A stretch of 64,000 nucleotides of DNA, taken from contig CAVOVU010000009.1 in the NCBI GenBank assembly GCA_963699935.1, forward strand, positions 77,781 through 141,780. Reading direction: 5' to 3'. Below, piece by piece: positions 19,991-29,248 of the stretch (within the stretch, counting starts at the first letter, position 1; each line of letters starts with the position of its first letter). The notes beneath the pieces are model-generated. The model worked only from the letters and a program-made list of their open reading frames with translations. It had not been told where the DNA came from and made no database searches. The translations under genes were made by a program, and so were the position numbers. The DNA comes from Terriglobia bacterium. GTDB taxonomy: Bacteria > Acidobacteriota > Terriglobia > Terriglobales > Acidobacteriaceae.

Positions 19991-21247
19991 ATGCCTTCAG
20001 ACGCCGCTGCGGCCGTCGAAGCAGTGTACCGCTCCGACTGGGGACGAATCGTGGCCACTCTCATCAGCCTGGTCGGCGACTTCGACCTGGCCGAAGAGTG
20101 CGCCCAGGAAGCCTTTGCCACGGCCGTGCGCCAGTGGGAAGAGTCCGGAGTACCGGAGTTCCCGCGGGCCTGGATCATCCAGACCGCCCGGCATAAGGCC
20201 ATCGACCGCATCCGCCGCAAACAGGTCTTCGAGAAGAAGCTCGAATCCTACGCGGCCGACGAATTGGGCCCGGCCTTCACCGAGCCGGACTACGATTCTA
20301 CCCAGATCCCCGACGATCGCCTCCGCCTGATCTTTACCTGTTGCCACCCCGCGCTGGCCTCGGAGGCGCAGGTCGGCCTGACGCTGCGCACCCTGTGCGG
20401 CCTCGAGACCGACGAAATTGCGCGGGCCTTCCTGGTCCCGTCGCCGACCATGGCGCAGCGGCTGGTGCGCGCCAAACGCAAGATTCGCGACGCCGGCATT
20501 CCCTACGTCGTGCCTGACACCGGTGACATGGCCGCGCGGCTCGACGCCGTCCTCACCGTGATCTACCTGGTCTTCAACGAAGGCTATGCCGCCACTCGCG
20601 GCGGTCCGCTGGTGAGGACCGACCTCTGCGCCGAGGCCATTCGCCTGGGACGCCTGGTACGAACGCTACTGGAACCACAGCCTCCAGCAGAAGCTACCGC
20701 TCTCCTCGCCCTGATGCTGCTGCAGGACGCACGGCGCGAAGCTCGACTCGATGAACGCGGCGATCTCGTCATTCTCGAGGAGCAGGATCGCAGCCGCTGG
20801 AATCACGGGCAGATTGCCGAGGCCCTGCCGCTGGTCAGCGAGGCCTTTCGCGGTGCCGTCGGCCCGTACGCCCTGCAGGCGGCAATCGCGGCCGTGCACT
20901 GTGAGTCGGCCCGCCCCGAAGATACGGACTGGAGGCAGATCGTTCAACTCTACGACCTGCTCGAGCGCGTGCAGCCCTCACCCGTGGTGTCACTGAATCG
21001 CGCTGTCGCCGTGGCTATGGCCGATGGTCCCCAGACGGCTCTCCAACTGGTGGAAGCGCTGGCTGCAACCAACGATCTCGAAAACTATCACCTTCTGCAT
21101 GCTGCCCGCGCCGACCTGCTGCGCCGCCTCGGATCGCTGGAGGAAGCCGCAAAGAGCTACGCTCGCGCGCTCCAACTGGTGACCAACGACAGCGAGCGCC
21201 GCTTTCTGGAGCGGCGACTGCGCGAAGTTCAGCCCCCGGCAGCGTGA
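19991..21247 (+). CDS. ECF-type RNA polymerase sigma factor with a long C-terminal extension (the type paired with YciI)
   Basis: Sigma-70 region 2 (AWIIQTARHKAIDRIRR) and region 4 (LRTLCGLETDEIARAFLVPSPTMAQRLVRAKRKI). Divergent from the YciI gene. The real start is the ATG at 19991. Confidence 0.8.
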   Translation: MPSDAAAAVEAVYRSDWGRIVATLISLVGDFDLAEECAQEAFATAVRQWEESGVPEFPRAWIIQTARHKAIDRIRRKQVFEKKLESYAADELGPAFTEPDYDSTQIPDDRLRLIFTCCHPALASEAQVGLTLRTLCGLETDEIARAFLVPSPTMAQRLVRAKRKIRDAGIPYVVPDTGDMAARLDAVLTVIYLVFNEGYAATRGGPLVRTDLCAEAIRLGRLVRTLLEPQPPAEATALLALMLLQDARREARLDERGDLVILEEQDRSRWNHGQIAEALPLVSEAFRGAVGPYALQAAIAAVHCESARPEDTDWRQIVQLYDLLERVQPSPVVSLNRAVAVAMADGPQTALQLVEALAATNDLENYHLLHAARADLLRRLGSLEEAAKSYARALQLVTNDSERRFLERRLREVQPPAA

Positions 21248-21257
21248 CTCCTTAAAT

Positions 21258-21315
21258 TCCTGGTGTCCTGTTTCGGAAATTCGTTGAATCAATATTGTCT
21301 GGGACAGCACACTAG
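21258..21315. repeat. ~58-bp intergenic element, uninterrupted copy
   Basis: tcctggtgtcctgtttcggaaattcgttgaatcaatattgtc|tgggacagcacactag. It matches 23039-23080 (38/42) and 23319-23334 (14/16). Confidence 0.6.
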
Positions 21316-21536
21316 CTGGCCTTCTTCATCGGAACTTTGGCGCCCTTCTTGCGCGCTTCCGAAAGCCCGATGGCAATCGCCTGTTTGCGGCTCGTGACCT
21401 TCCCGCCCTTGCCTCCCTTGCCGGAGCGCAGGGTACCGCGTTTTTCCCGGCGCATCGCGCTCTCCACGCTTTTGCTCGCGGCCTCGCCGTATTTCCTGTG
21501 ACTGGTCTTCTTCCGTGAACTCTTCCGGGCTGCCAT
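21312..21536 (-). CDS. Small basic protein (DUF6496-like)
   Basis: The ATG at 21536 is preceded by GGAGGA. The C-terminal motif is GGKVTSRKQAIAIGLSEARKKGAKVP. Confidence 0.6.
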   Translation of the reverse strand: MAARKSSRKKTSHRKYGEAASKSVESAMRREKRGTLRSGKGGKGGKVTSRKQAIAIGLSEARKKGAKVPMKKAS

Positions 21537-21954
21537 GACAATCCTCCTGCCACTTAGAGGTAGAGGGTTCGCTGCAGGTTGCTGCCCCAGTCCAAATCTG
21601 CCATGTGCTGATGTTTCGAAGATTATGGATTGCTCGACTGGTGTCCTGAGGGAATTTGCGGAAGTGCAAGAGTCTCCTGCACCCAGCATCGGCGGAAGGA
21701 CACGAATTCATTCGCGCAGCCCTGCATCAGCGGAAGGGCACGAGTTTAGAGGTTGCGGAAAAACTCGCAAATGTCGGCCCTTCCGTGGAAGAGCGGCCCT
21801 TCAGGGCCGCGTAAGTCGTTAGAAATGAGTGCGGGCTTTAGCCCCCGTGGTACGCTTCGTCCGGGCAAGTTGAGTTTTTCCGCAGCCTCTTCGCCCGTGC
21901 CACCCGCCCATCAAATTGGGTTGCGCTTTAGCGCCCGAGGTTTGCTTCCCCCTG

Positions 21955-22923
21955 TCAGGGAATCAGCAGCAGTTTCCCGGTGGTCTTGCGCCCTTCCAGA
22001 TCGCGGTGAGCTGGTTGCGCGTCTTGCAGGGGATAAACGTGTTCGATGCGCAGCTTGAGCTTTTTCGCGGCAATCATGTCAAACAACGCGTCGGCCCGCA
22101 TATCGAGTTCATCTCGAGTGGAAATATACTGATTCAGCGACGGACGGGTAAGAAACAGCGACCCCTTCTGGGTGAGCACAATCGGATCAAGAGGCGGCGC
22201 CGCCCCGCTCGATCCTCCGAACAGGACCATCATTCCCCGCGGCCGCAGGATGTTCAGGCCCTTTTCAAAAGTGGTCTTGCCGACCGAGTCATAGACCACA
22301 TCCACGCCCTTGCCGCCCGTCAGACGTTTGGTCTCACTTTCAAAATCGGACTGCGTATAAAAAATAATCTCGTCCGCGCCCGCCTCCCGGGCCAGCGTGG
22401 CCTTCTCTTCGGTGGAAACCGTGCCGATCACGCGCGCCCCAATGTTATGCGCCAACTGCACCAGCAGCAGCCCTACTCCGCCCGCCGCTGCGTGCACTAG
22501 CGCGGTGTCCCCGCGCTTCAGTGGGAATGTGGTGTATGCCAGGTAATGCGCGGTCATCCCCTGCAGCATCACCGCGGCGGCTTCGCGCTCGCTCACCCCC
22601 TGCGGAACTTTAACCAGGCGGTCGGCGGGGGCAGCGACATATTCCGCATACGATCCCATGATTCCGGTCCACGCCACACGGTCGCCGGCCTTGACCGACT
22701 TAACTTCCGCGCCCACGGCCGACACCACACCCGAACCTTCCTGTCCGATCACGAACGGAAGCGCGACCGGGTACCTGCCCTCGCGATGGTACACATCAAT
22801 GAAGTTCACGCCCGAAGCGGCGATCTTTACAACCGCTTCGCTGGGTTTGGGTTGTGGTACGGGAACGTCCACCAGTTCGAGCGCTTCCGCACCGCCCACC
22901 TTCTTCACCTGAATAGCTTTCAT
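21955..22923 (-). CDS. NADPH:quinone oxidoreductase (zeta-crystallin/MDR family)
   Basis: 322 aa. AAGGVGLLLVQLA nucleotide-binding motif, GxEGSGVV, and C-terminal TTGKLLL. Confidence 0.85.
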   Translation of the reverse strand: MKAIQVKKVGGAEALELVDVPVPQPKPSEAVVKIAASGVNFIDVYHREGRYPVALPFVIGQEGSGVVSAVGAEVKSVKAGDRVAWTGIMGSYAEYVAAPADRLVKVPQGVSEREAAAVMLQGMTAHYLAYTTFPLKRGDTALVHAAAGGVGLLLVQLAHNIGARVIGTVSTEEKATLAREAGADEIIFYTQSDFESETKRLTGGKGVDVVYDSVGKTTFEKGLNILRPRGMMVLFGGSSGAAPPLDPIVLTQKGSLFLTRPSLNQYISTRDELDMRADALFDMIAAKKLKLRIEHVYPLQDAQPAHRDLEGRKTTGKLLLIP

Positions 22924-23038
22924 AATTGGTTTGGATTGCCTGGAATGACGAAAGATTCAACTCAGCTTAATCTACCAAACCACGCACCAGCCGGCGAGGT
23001 CTGTTTCGAATGCCAGCCAGCTTCATCAAATGCGGATA

Positions 23039-23334
23039 TCCTGGTGTCCTGTCCCGGAAAATCGCTGAATCAATATTGTCATCCCGACCGGAGCGGAGCG
23101 AAGCGAGCGTAGCGGAGGGACCTGCTGTTTCGGTCGAACGGAGCGAAGCGAGCGTAGCGGAGAGACCTGCTGTTTCAGTCATCCGGAGTGCAGCGAGCGT
23201 AGTGGAGGGACCTGCCCTGGGCGAACTCCGAGTGCACACGAGGGGAAGTCGAATGAGGAGCTGCTGTTTCAGGCGGCTTCGACCTGCGCCGCTTACATTT
23301 CGATATTCCATGTATTTCTGGGACAGCCCCCTAG
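23039..23334. repeat. Second copy of the 58-bp element, split by a 238-bp insert of tandem 'gtcatcc...gagcgaagcgagcgtagcggagggacctgc' units
   Basis: The left half is 23039-23080 and the right half is 23319-23334. The insert at 23081-23318 contains about three tandem units of 47-54 bp (23078-23225). Confidence 0.6.
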
Positions 23335-23371
23335 AATGGGAATAGAGAGAAAACCAAGGAGAGAGCGCCGC

Positions 23372-24067
23372 ATGAAGACGGTGGGAGTGATCGGAGGCAT
23401 CGGGCCGGAGTCAACCATCGAATATTACCGCTTGCTGGTTGCAGCCTATCGCGATCAAAAGGCCGATGGCAGCTATCCGCCTATCATCATCAACAGCATC
23501 AACCTGAAAGCTGTGGTTGATCTGCTCGAAGCCAATGACCTGGCCGGCGTGACCGATTGTTTCGTGAATGAACTTCAGAAATTAGCCGGCGCGGGAGCGG
23601 AGTTCGGCCTGCTGGCAGCCAACACCCCGCATATCGTCTTTGACGAAATCCGCCGCCGGTCGCCCATTCCGCTGGTCAGCATCGTGGAAGCCACTTGTGA
23701 TGCGGCCAGAATCCTGGGATTGAAAAGGCCCGGCCTGCTGGGCACTCGCTTCACCATGCAGGGAAAATTCTATCCCCGCGTATTTGCCACCGCAGGAATC
23801 TCACTGGTCACGCCCCAACCCGGCGAGCAGACTTACATTCACGACAAGTACATGGGCGAATTGGTCAAAGGGATCATTCTGCCGGAGACGCGCCAGCGTC
23901 TCCTGGCGATCGTCGATCGCTTGAAAGAGCAGGACAGCATCGACGGTGTGATTCTGGGAGGCACAGAGCTGCCACTGATTCTGGGGAACGTCACGGACCG
24001 GGGCATCCCTTTTCTCGACACCACTCGCATCCACGTGCAGGCCATCGCCGCACGGGCATGGTCCTAG
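23372..24067 (+). CDS. Aspartate/glutamate racemase family protein
   Basis: VGVIGGIGPESTIEYY and ILGGTELPL motifs. AAGGAG lies upstream of the ATG at 23372. Confidence 0.8.
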   Translation: MKTVGVIGGIGPESTIEYYRLLVAAYRDQKADGSYPPIIINSINLKAVVDLLEANDLAGVTDCFVNELQKLAGAGAEFGLLAANTPHIVFDEIRRRSPIPLVSIVEATCDAARILGLKRPGLLGTRFTMQGKFYPRVFATAGISLVTPQPGEQTYIHDKYMGELVKGIILPETRQRLLAIVDRLKEQDSIDGVILGGTELPLILGNVTDRGIPFLDTTRIHVQAIAARAWS

Positions 24068-24143
24068 TTGAACCGGACTTCGTGACCGTTCACGTGCGAT
24101 TCATCTCATTGGCTTGGTCGAATGCCATATCCCGCAGGTGATA

Positions 24144-24280
24144 GTGGGTCAGTTTGGAGACCTTGAACCACGAAGGGCACGAAGGTACACGAAGCAAACC
24201 CTGGAAAACAAAGCCTTCGTGATACTTCGTGTCCTTCGTGGTTTATGCACTTGTCATGTCATATCACGAAACTGCACCAC
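24144..24280. repeat. MITE-like palindromic element, copy 2
   Basis: Same orientation as copy 1. It ends 116 bp upstream of tRNA-Asp. Confidence 0.8.
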
Positions 24281-24396
24281 TACGCCGCAGGTTCATTCCT
24301 TGCCAGTTATAGAAGTTTCGTGCAATCATTAATGAGCCGAAGATTGCTGGTTCGCGCCTTCCATCGCCCGCCATTTCGGTGATTCCGGTTCAACCG

Positions 24397-24473
24397 GGGG
24401 ACGTAGTTCAGTTGGTTAGAACGCTGCCCTGTCACGGCAGAGGTCGCGGGTTCGAGTCCCGTCGTCCCCGCCA
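24397..24473 (+). tRNA. tRNA-Asp (GUC)
   Basis: A 77-nt cloverleaf folded by hand: acceptor GGGGACG/CGTCCCC, anticodon loop CTGTCAC, T-loop TTCGAGT, encoded CCA. Confidence 0.95.
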
Positions 24474-24673
24474 TTCCTTCCAAACCGCTTAGGAATGATC
24501 GGTTCACACCGTTGCAACCCACGACTCAATCCACCCCTACTGCACTGTTGCGTGCATCCCCGCGGCGGTCGGAACGCGCAGCGCTCTGAATCGCACCGGC
24601 TGAAAACGCATCGGACGGTGCATCTCCGCATGCCGACTGAAATCGCGGCCTGAGCCCGCGTCTTTTATATGCC

Positions 24674-24703
24674 TTGACACGTATATGCTCTGTAGAGTAT
24701 ATC
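24674..24703 (+). promoter_or_regulatory. Candidate sigma-70 promoter, with an imperfect palindrome, upstream of the ArsR-family gene
   Basis: TTGACA at 24674-24679, then a 17-18 nt spacer, then GTATAT/TATATC. The half-sites atatgctc/gagtatat overlap the spacer. Confidence 0.35.
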
Positions 24704-24709
24704 AGGAGC

Positions 24710-25072
24710 ATGGAATCGGTGTTCGAAATCATTGCGGAGCCCAACCGCCGCGCGATATTGGGCCTTCTGGTCAGGTCGCAACAGTCCGTGGGAGAGATCG
24801 AGCGCCGGCTTCGCATGACGCAGCCGACCGTGTCCAAGCACCTGCGAGTGCTGCGCGAGGCCGGTTTCGTGGAATCCACGGTGGACGCACAGCGCCGTCT
24901 CTACCGCTTGAAACCTGAACCACTTCAGGAGCTGGATGCCTGGCTGGCCCAGTTCCGCCGCTTCTGGTCCGCTCACCTGGATGCTCTCGAACGCCACCTC
25001 GACCGCATGGAATCGATCAACACCAAAAAGAAAGACAAGCAGAAGAGGACGCGGCCCAAACCGCGAACGTGA
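24710..25072 (+). CDS. ArsR/SmtB-family transcriptional regulator
   Basis: AEPNRRAILGLL...SVGEIERRLRMTQPTVSKHLRVLREAGFV winged helix-turn-helix. Confidence 0.85.
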   Translation: MESVFEIIAEPNRRAILGLLVRSQQSVGEIERRLRMTQPTVSKHLRVLREAGFVESTVDAQRRLYRLKPEPLQELDAWLAQFRRFWSAHLDALERHLDRMESINTKKKDKQKRTRPKPRT

Positions 25073-25087
25073 CCAAGGAGAAACGAA

Positions 25088-25480
25088 ATGAAAATCAAAG
25101 TGACCAGCATATACGTGAACGATCAGGAAAAGGCCCTGCGCTTCTATACGGAGGTGCTCGGGTTTGCAAAGAAGACGGACTTTTCGCAGGGGCCATATCG
25201 CTGGCTGACCGTGGCCTCGCCCGCGGAGCCGGACGGCACTGAGCTGCAGTTGGCGCTGAACAACAACCCAGCAGCCAAGGCGTATCAGCAGGCGATGTTT
25301 CAACAGAGTCAGCCTGCGGCCATGTTCTTCACCGACGATGTCAAGGGCGACTACGAGCGGATCAAGGCCCGCGGCGCCGAGTTCACCATGCCGCCCACCG
25401 ACGTGACCGGCTCGACCATTGCGATGCTGAACGACACCTGCGGCAACCGCATCCAGCTCACCCAGCTGGCACGCTACTAA
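25088..25480 (+). CDS. VOC (glyoxalase/bleomycin-resistance fold) protein
   Basis: 130 aa. VNDQEKALRFYTEVLGF motif. Confidence 0.75.
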   Translation: MKIKVTSIYVNDQEKALRFYTEVLGFAKKTDFSQGPYRWLTVASPAEPDGTELQLALNNNPAAKAYQQAMFQQSQPAAMFFTDDVKGDYERIKARGAEFTMPPTDVTGSTIAMLNDTCGNRIQLTQLARY

Positions 25481-25497
25481 GGACGGGCGTTCAGGAA

Positions 25498-26083
25498 TTG
25501 AAGATGAGCGATCGCGCGCAGTACACACCGGGTCCGGCCAGCGGGGCACAGGTACGAAAGGACCGCGGGCAAAAGGGTGAGGACAAGTGGACGCTCATTC
25601 TCGTCCGAGAGCTGCGCCACTCGCCGGAGAAGGTCTGGGAGGCGATAACCGACCCGGCGCATCTGCGCGAGTGGGCGCCCTTCGACGCTGATGGGAACCT
25701 GGGTACGGCCGGAGCCACGGTGAAGCTCACCACGGTGGGAGCGCCCGTGCCGCGTGTTACCGAAACAACCGTGACGCGAGCTGATGCTCCCAATGTGCTT
25801 GAGTACAAGTGGGGCGGCTTCGATATGCGATGGGAACTCGAAGCCTTTGGTGGCAGCACGCGCCTGACGCTGTGGACCAACATCGGTCACCGCTTCATCG
25901 CCATGGGCGCTGCCGGATGGCATATCTGTTTTGATGTTCTGGATCGGCTTCTCAGCGGAAATCCCATCGGCCGCATCGTCGGCCCCGAGGCCATAAAGTT
26001 CGGCGGCTGGCAGCGATTGCACGCCGAGTACGCCAAGCAGTTCGGCGTTGAGACGCTCAACTGGCCGAGGGCAAGAGTCGTGA
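25498..26083 (+). CDS. SRPBCC (Aha1/START-like) protein; the 3' end is uncertain because the ORF runs on into the next gene
   Basis: PEKVWEAITDPAHLREWAPF motif. There is no in-frame stop. The nearest stop is in the +1 frame at 26081-26083. Confidence 0.65.
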
Positions 26084-26103
26084 ATCGAGGAGATCGCAAA
26101 ACA

Positions 26104-26679
26104 ATGCGCGATATCGAAGAGATAAAAAGGCGTTGTCACCAGAACAACGTGACCGAACTACTCAGAGCTTTGAAAGCACGCTTCAAGAACAACATGGGCC
26201 GCCATAAAGGTCTTGAATGGGCTGAAGCACAAGCCAGGCTGGAAGCTGATGCTGACAAACTGTGGTCACTCAATGAAATGGAAAAGACTGGCGGTGAACC
26301 GGATGTTGTCGGTCACGACAAAAAGACGGGCGAATACATTTTTTATGATTGTTCGCCGGAGAGTCCGAAAGACCGCAGAAGTGTTTGCTACGACCGTGAA
26401 GCGCTGGAGTCAAGGAAAGAACATAAACCAAAAGACAACGCGATTGACATGGCTGCCGCCATGGGCGTTGAGCTTTTAACGGAAGAACAATATCGAGGGT
26501 TGCAGAAACTTGGAAAGTTCGATACGAAAACGTCGAGCTGGGTGAAAACGCCTTCCGCTATCAGAAAACTTGGCGGCGCCCTCTTTTGTGATCGCCGCTA
26601 CGACACCGTTTTCGTATATCACAACGGCGCCGAATCCTACTATGCCGGCAGGGGGTTCCGAGGCTGGCTATCGGTGTAG
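26104..26679 (+). CDS. DUF4256-domain protein, in the same ORF as the SRPBCC gene
   Basis: LKARFKNNMGRHKGLEWAEAQARLEA...WSLNEMEKTGGEPDVVG motifs. The expected N-terminal KKALSPEQRD appears only in another frame between 26124 and 26154. Confidence 0.65.
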   Translation: MRDIEEIKRRCHQNNVTELLRALKARFKNNMGRHKGLEWAEAQARLEADADKLWSLNEMEKTGGEPDVVGHDKKTGEYIFYDCSPESPKDRRSVCYDREALESRKEHKPKDNAIDMAAAMGVELLTEEQYRGLQKLGKFDTKTSSWVKTPSAIRKLGGALFCDRRYDTVFVYHNGAESYYAGRGFRGWLSV

Positions 26680-26761
26680 CAAGGACAAATTCATGCCTCA
26701 CTCGTGGCAACGGCTGGCCGTCCGTCCGCCGGGCCACTTCCTTGATCCTCAATGCGGCGTC

Positions 26762-26917
26762 AGTCCATCCGCTGAACCCATTGGCTCCGCCAGTCCGGAG
26801 CTTCGAACGGGTCCGCGTAATTGTGTATTCCGTGATCCAGAGATTTCCCTTTCCGAGAATTCGCCTGACGTTGAGGTCGGAGGGCTTTCCGGGGTGATGA
26901 CTCCGCAAGGCCTGCAA
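26762..26917 (-). pseudogene. Remnant of an NTF2/SnoaL-like gene
   Basis: PGKPSDLNVRRILGKGNLWITEYTI in one frame joins directly to YADPFEAPDWRSQWVQRMD plus a stop in another frame. The N-terminus and the middle part are missing. Confidence 0.4.
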
Positions 26918-26977
26918 GTTACTTCGCCCGACGATTCGCTCGCCTGTGGATTATCACCATGGTTCGCTCCAGCATGG

Positions 26978-28037
26978 CTACTGTTTGACCACGGTGAGAG
27001 CGAAGGCCGAAGCGGCGTGGGTACCGTCGGTAATCGATTCGGGAACGCCATTTTTCCAATAGGTGGCAACCGCCTCTGCGGCATCATTCTCTATCGCGCC
27101 GCCGATATATACATCGCCGCCCGAGACCACAACCTGATTGGCCGCGGACCTTGCCGAGCTTCCAGTCAGTTGCACAGACTCTGTATTCTTCCATGCTTCG
27201 GCGAATTCATCAGACTGGTTGCCGGCAACATAAACGTCGGCCCCGGACACGAAAATTGAACTGGCTCCAGCCGTGCTCCCGTTGGCCAACTGCACCAGAA
27301 CTCCGTTCTTCCAGTAATTGGCGACCGCGCAGTTCGGCGCACTGTCCTGGCAAGCGAATCCAGCCACGTAGATGTCACCATGGGCCACAGAGATGGAGTA
27401 CGCAATCGATAGGTGCAGCCCGTCGGCGAGTTGCGTCAGCACGCCATTCTTCCAAGGAAGCAATCTCACTCTCGACAAAATGTGTGGGATCAAGTTGTGT
27501 CGTCTTGGCCACCCATCCGCCCACATACACGTCTTGCCCTGAGACGAAGATGGAGTTAGCCAGCGAGCCTTCACCGAGGTCCGGCAAGATCACCGGCACT
27601 CCATTTTTCCAATACTTGGCGGTGGTGTGCGAGTCTTGCTCTCCTCCCGCCACGTACAGGTCGTTGCCGGCGACAAAAATGGAATTGGCAAAACCGCGTT
27701 GCGTTCCGTCGGTCAGTTCCACAGGGACGCCGTTTTTCCAGTACTTGGCGACATCCTGCGTCCCATTGCCCTCAACGCCGGCGACATAAACATCTTTGCC
27801 GGAAACCGCGATGGCAGTGGCGAAGGAGCCGTTCACTCCCGCACCCAGCACGTGGGCCTGGCCATTCTTCCAGTACTTGGCAATTTCCGCACCAGCATCG
27901 TTGAACTCGTAGCCGGCGGCGTAAACATCAGTTACTGCTGGAAGCGCAGTATGCGATGTGCTGCCGCCACCACAGGCAAGCATGGCGACCAAGCTGAGGA
28001 TGATCAGGGTTGGCCGGAAGGCCCGCGAGGAAATCAT
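26978..28037 (-). pseudogene. Lipoprotein made of about eight tandem 'YWKNG...DVYVAG' repeats (beta-propeller-like), with the frame broken near 27452-27462
   Basis: Lipobox LVAMLAC-G after the ATG at 28037. The ~40-aa repeats continue from ORF 27375..28124 into ORF 26978..27574. Confidence 0.6.
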
Positions 28038-28147
28038 GAATATACCCCGGAGCAAACAAATTGAGGCATTATGCCATGAACCGAAGCAAAGTAGAACCCA
28101 TCGAGCATTCAGGTAGTGACTCAATTCGGAAGCCGTTCCTCTCCGGT

Positions 28148-28296
28148 GGCGTCATCCTGAGGGACTTCAGTCCCGAAGAGCCTGCCCTGAGCGAAGTCGA
28201 AGGGATCTCGCGTGCATCCACAGCAACGCAGAGGTAAAGGGTATATCTGTTACACGCCAGATCCTTCACGGCCTGAAGGCCGTTCAGGATGACGCC
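28148..28296. repeat. Nested palindromic intergenic element ('gtcatcctga' family)
   Basis: Outer arms ggcgtcatcctga/tcaggatgacgcc. Inner arms ggatctcgcgtg/cacgccagatcc. It shares cctgccctgagcgaagtcgaaggga with 59225-59249. Confidence 0.55.
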
Positions 28297-28528
28297 TATG
28301 GATCAGGAGAGAGTTCAGACTGAGCCACTACCAGCATTCACTACTCAGAGGCCAGGATCACGACCATCACGATCATGACAATTTGGAAATCGGGCGCAGA
28401 CGGAACTGTTCCCCCATTCCACGCGCCCGAGAAGGAGAGCTCCAAATCTCCGCACTCCCGCGCGCAACTTTCACGCAGCCCTCCTCATCTGAGTCCTATT
28501 ACTCGAAGGAACCGCACAAGGAGACCTC

Positions 28529-29012
28529 ATGACCTCGAATCCGAAAAATACAATCTGCCTCTGGTTCAACAAGGACGCACATGACGCGGCGCGCTTCTAC
28601 GCCGCGACCTTTCCCAATAGTGAAGTGACGGCTGTTCACAAAGCCCCCTGCAGACTACCCGGGCGGCAAGAAGGGTGATGAGCTGACTGTGGAGTTCACG
28701 GTCCTGGGCATTCCCTGTCTCGGTCTCAACGGCGGCCCGGCGTTCAAGCACAGTGAGGCCTTTTCCTTCCAGATCGCGACCGACAATCAGGAAGAGACGG
28801 ACCGCTACTGGAACGCGATCGTCGGCAATGGCGGCCAGGAAAGTGCATGCGGTTGGTGCAAGGACCGCTGGGGCCTCTCTTGGCAGATCACCCCGCGCGC
28901 GCTAACGCAGGCGCTGGCGGCTGGTGGCGGTGAGGCAAATCGTGCCTTCGAGGCGATGATGCAGATGAAAAAAATCGACGTCGCCACGATCGAGGCAGCG
29001 CGGCGGGGCTGA
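28529..29012 (+). pseudogene. VOC-fold protein (PhnB / 3-demethylubiquinone-9 methyltransferase-like domain), with the frame broken in a C5 run at 28644-28648
   Basis: AAGGAG, then the ATG at 28529 encoding MTSNPKNTICLWFNKDAHDAARFYAATFPNSEVTAVHKAP. Coherent sequence continues as ADYPGGKKGDELTVEFTVLGIPCLGLNGGP in the frame of ORF 28689..29012. Confidence 0.7.
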
Positions 29013-29043
29013 CCTAGATCCATGGGATAGTCATTTTAGCGAA

Positions 29044-29115
29044 GGTGGCCCAATCAAACCCGGTTTTGGCTTGAGTTGGGCAGTTCTACCGCCCGACAAA
29101 ATCTTCCCTTCCCGC
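29044..29115. repeat. ~70-bp intergenic element, copy A
   Basis: ggtggcccaatcaaacccggttttggcttgagttgggcagttc...atcttcccttccc. A direct repeat of 29635-29706. Confidence 0.5.
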
Positions 29116-29248
29116 GTTCGCCTTTTGAGTGGCCACCCGGTGAGCCGTCGGTTTAGGCCGTGGGAACAACCTTGGGAATGTCTCGTTTGTCTGATTTATT
29201 ATCAATGCCCAATTTCTTGCCTGGTTGGTGGACACCCAGGGGTGACCG

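Noticed and set aside
21700-21954. A cluster of short GC hairpins (gcggcccttcagggccgc, gcgggctttagcccc, gcgctttagcgc) and the pair ttgcggaaaaactc/gagtttttccgca.
   Set aside because: The structure is real, but I could not define unit boundaries or find a second copy in the window. It is left as unclassified intergenic repeats rather than a named feature.
23078-23225. Tandem 47-54-bp units considered as a possible CRISPR array.
   Set aside because: The units abut each other with no unique spacers, the period is irregular, there are only about three units, and no cas genes are present in the window.
28375-28584. A 69-aa ORF in the gap upstream of the PhnB-like gene.
   Set aside because: Ser/Pro/Arg-rich with no motif. 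It overlaps the true Shine-Dalgarno sequence and start of the downstream gene.
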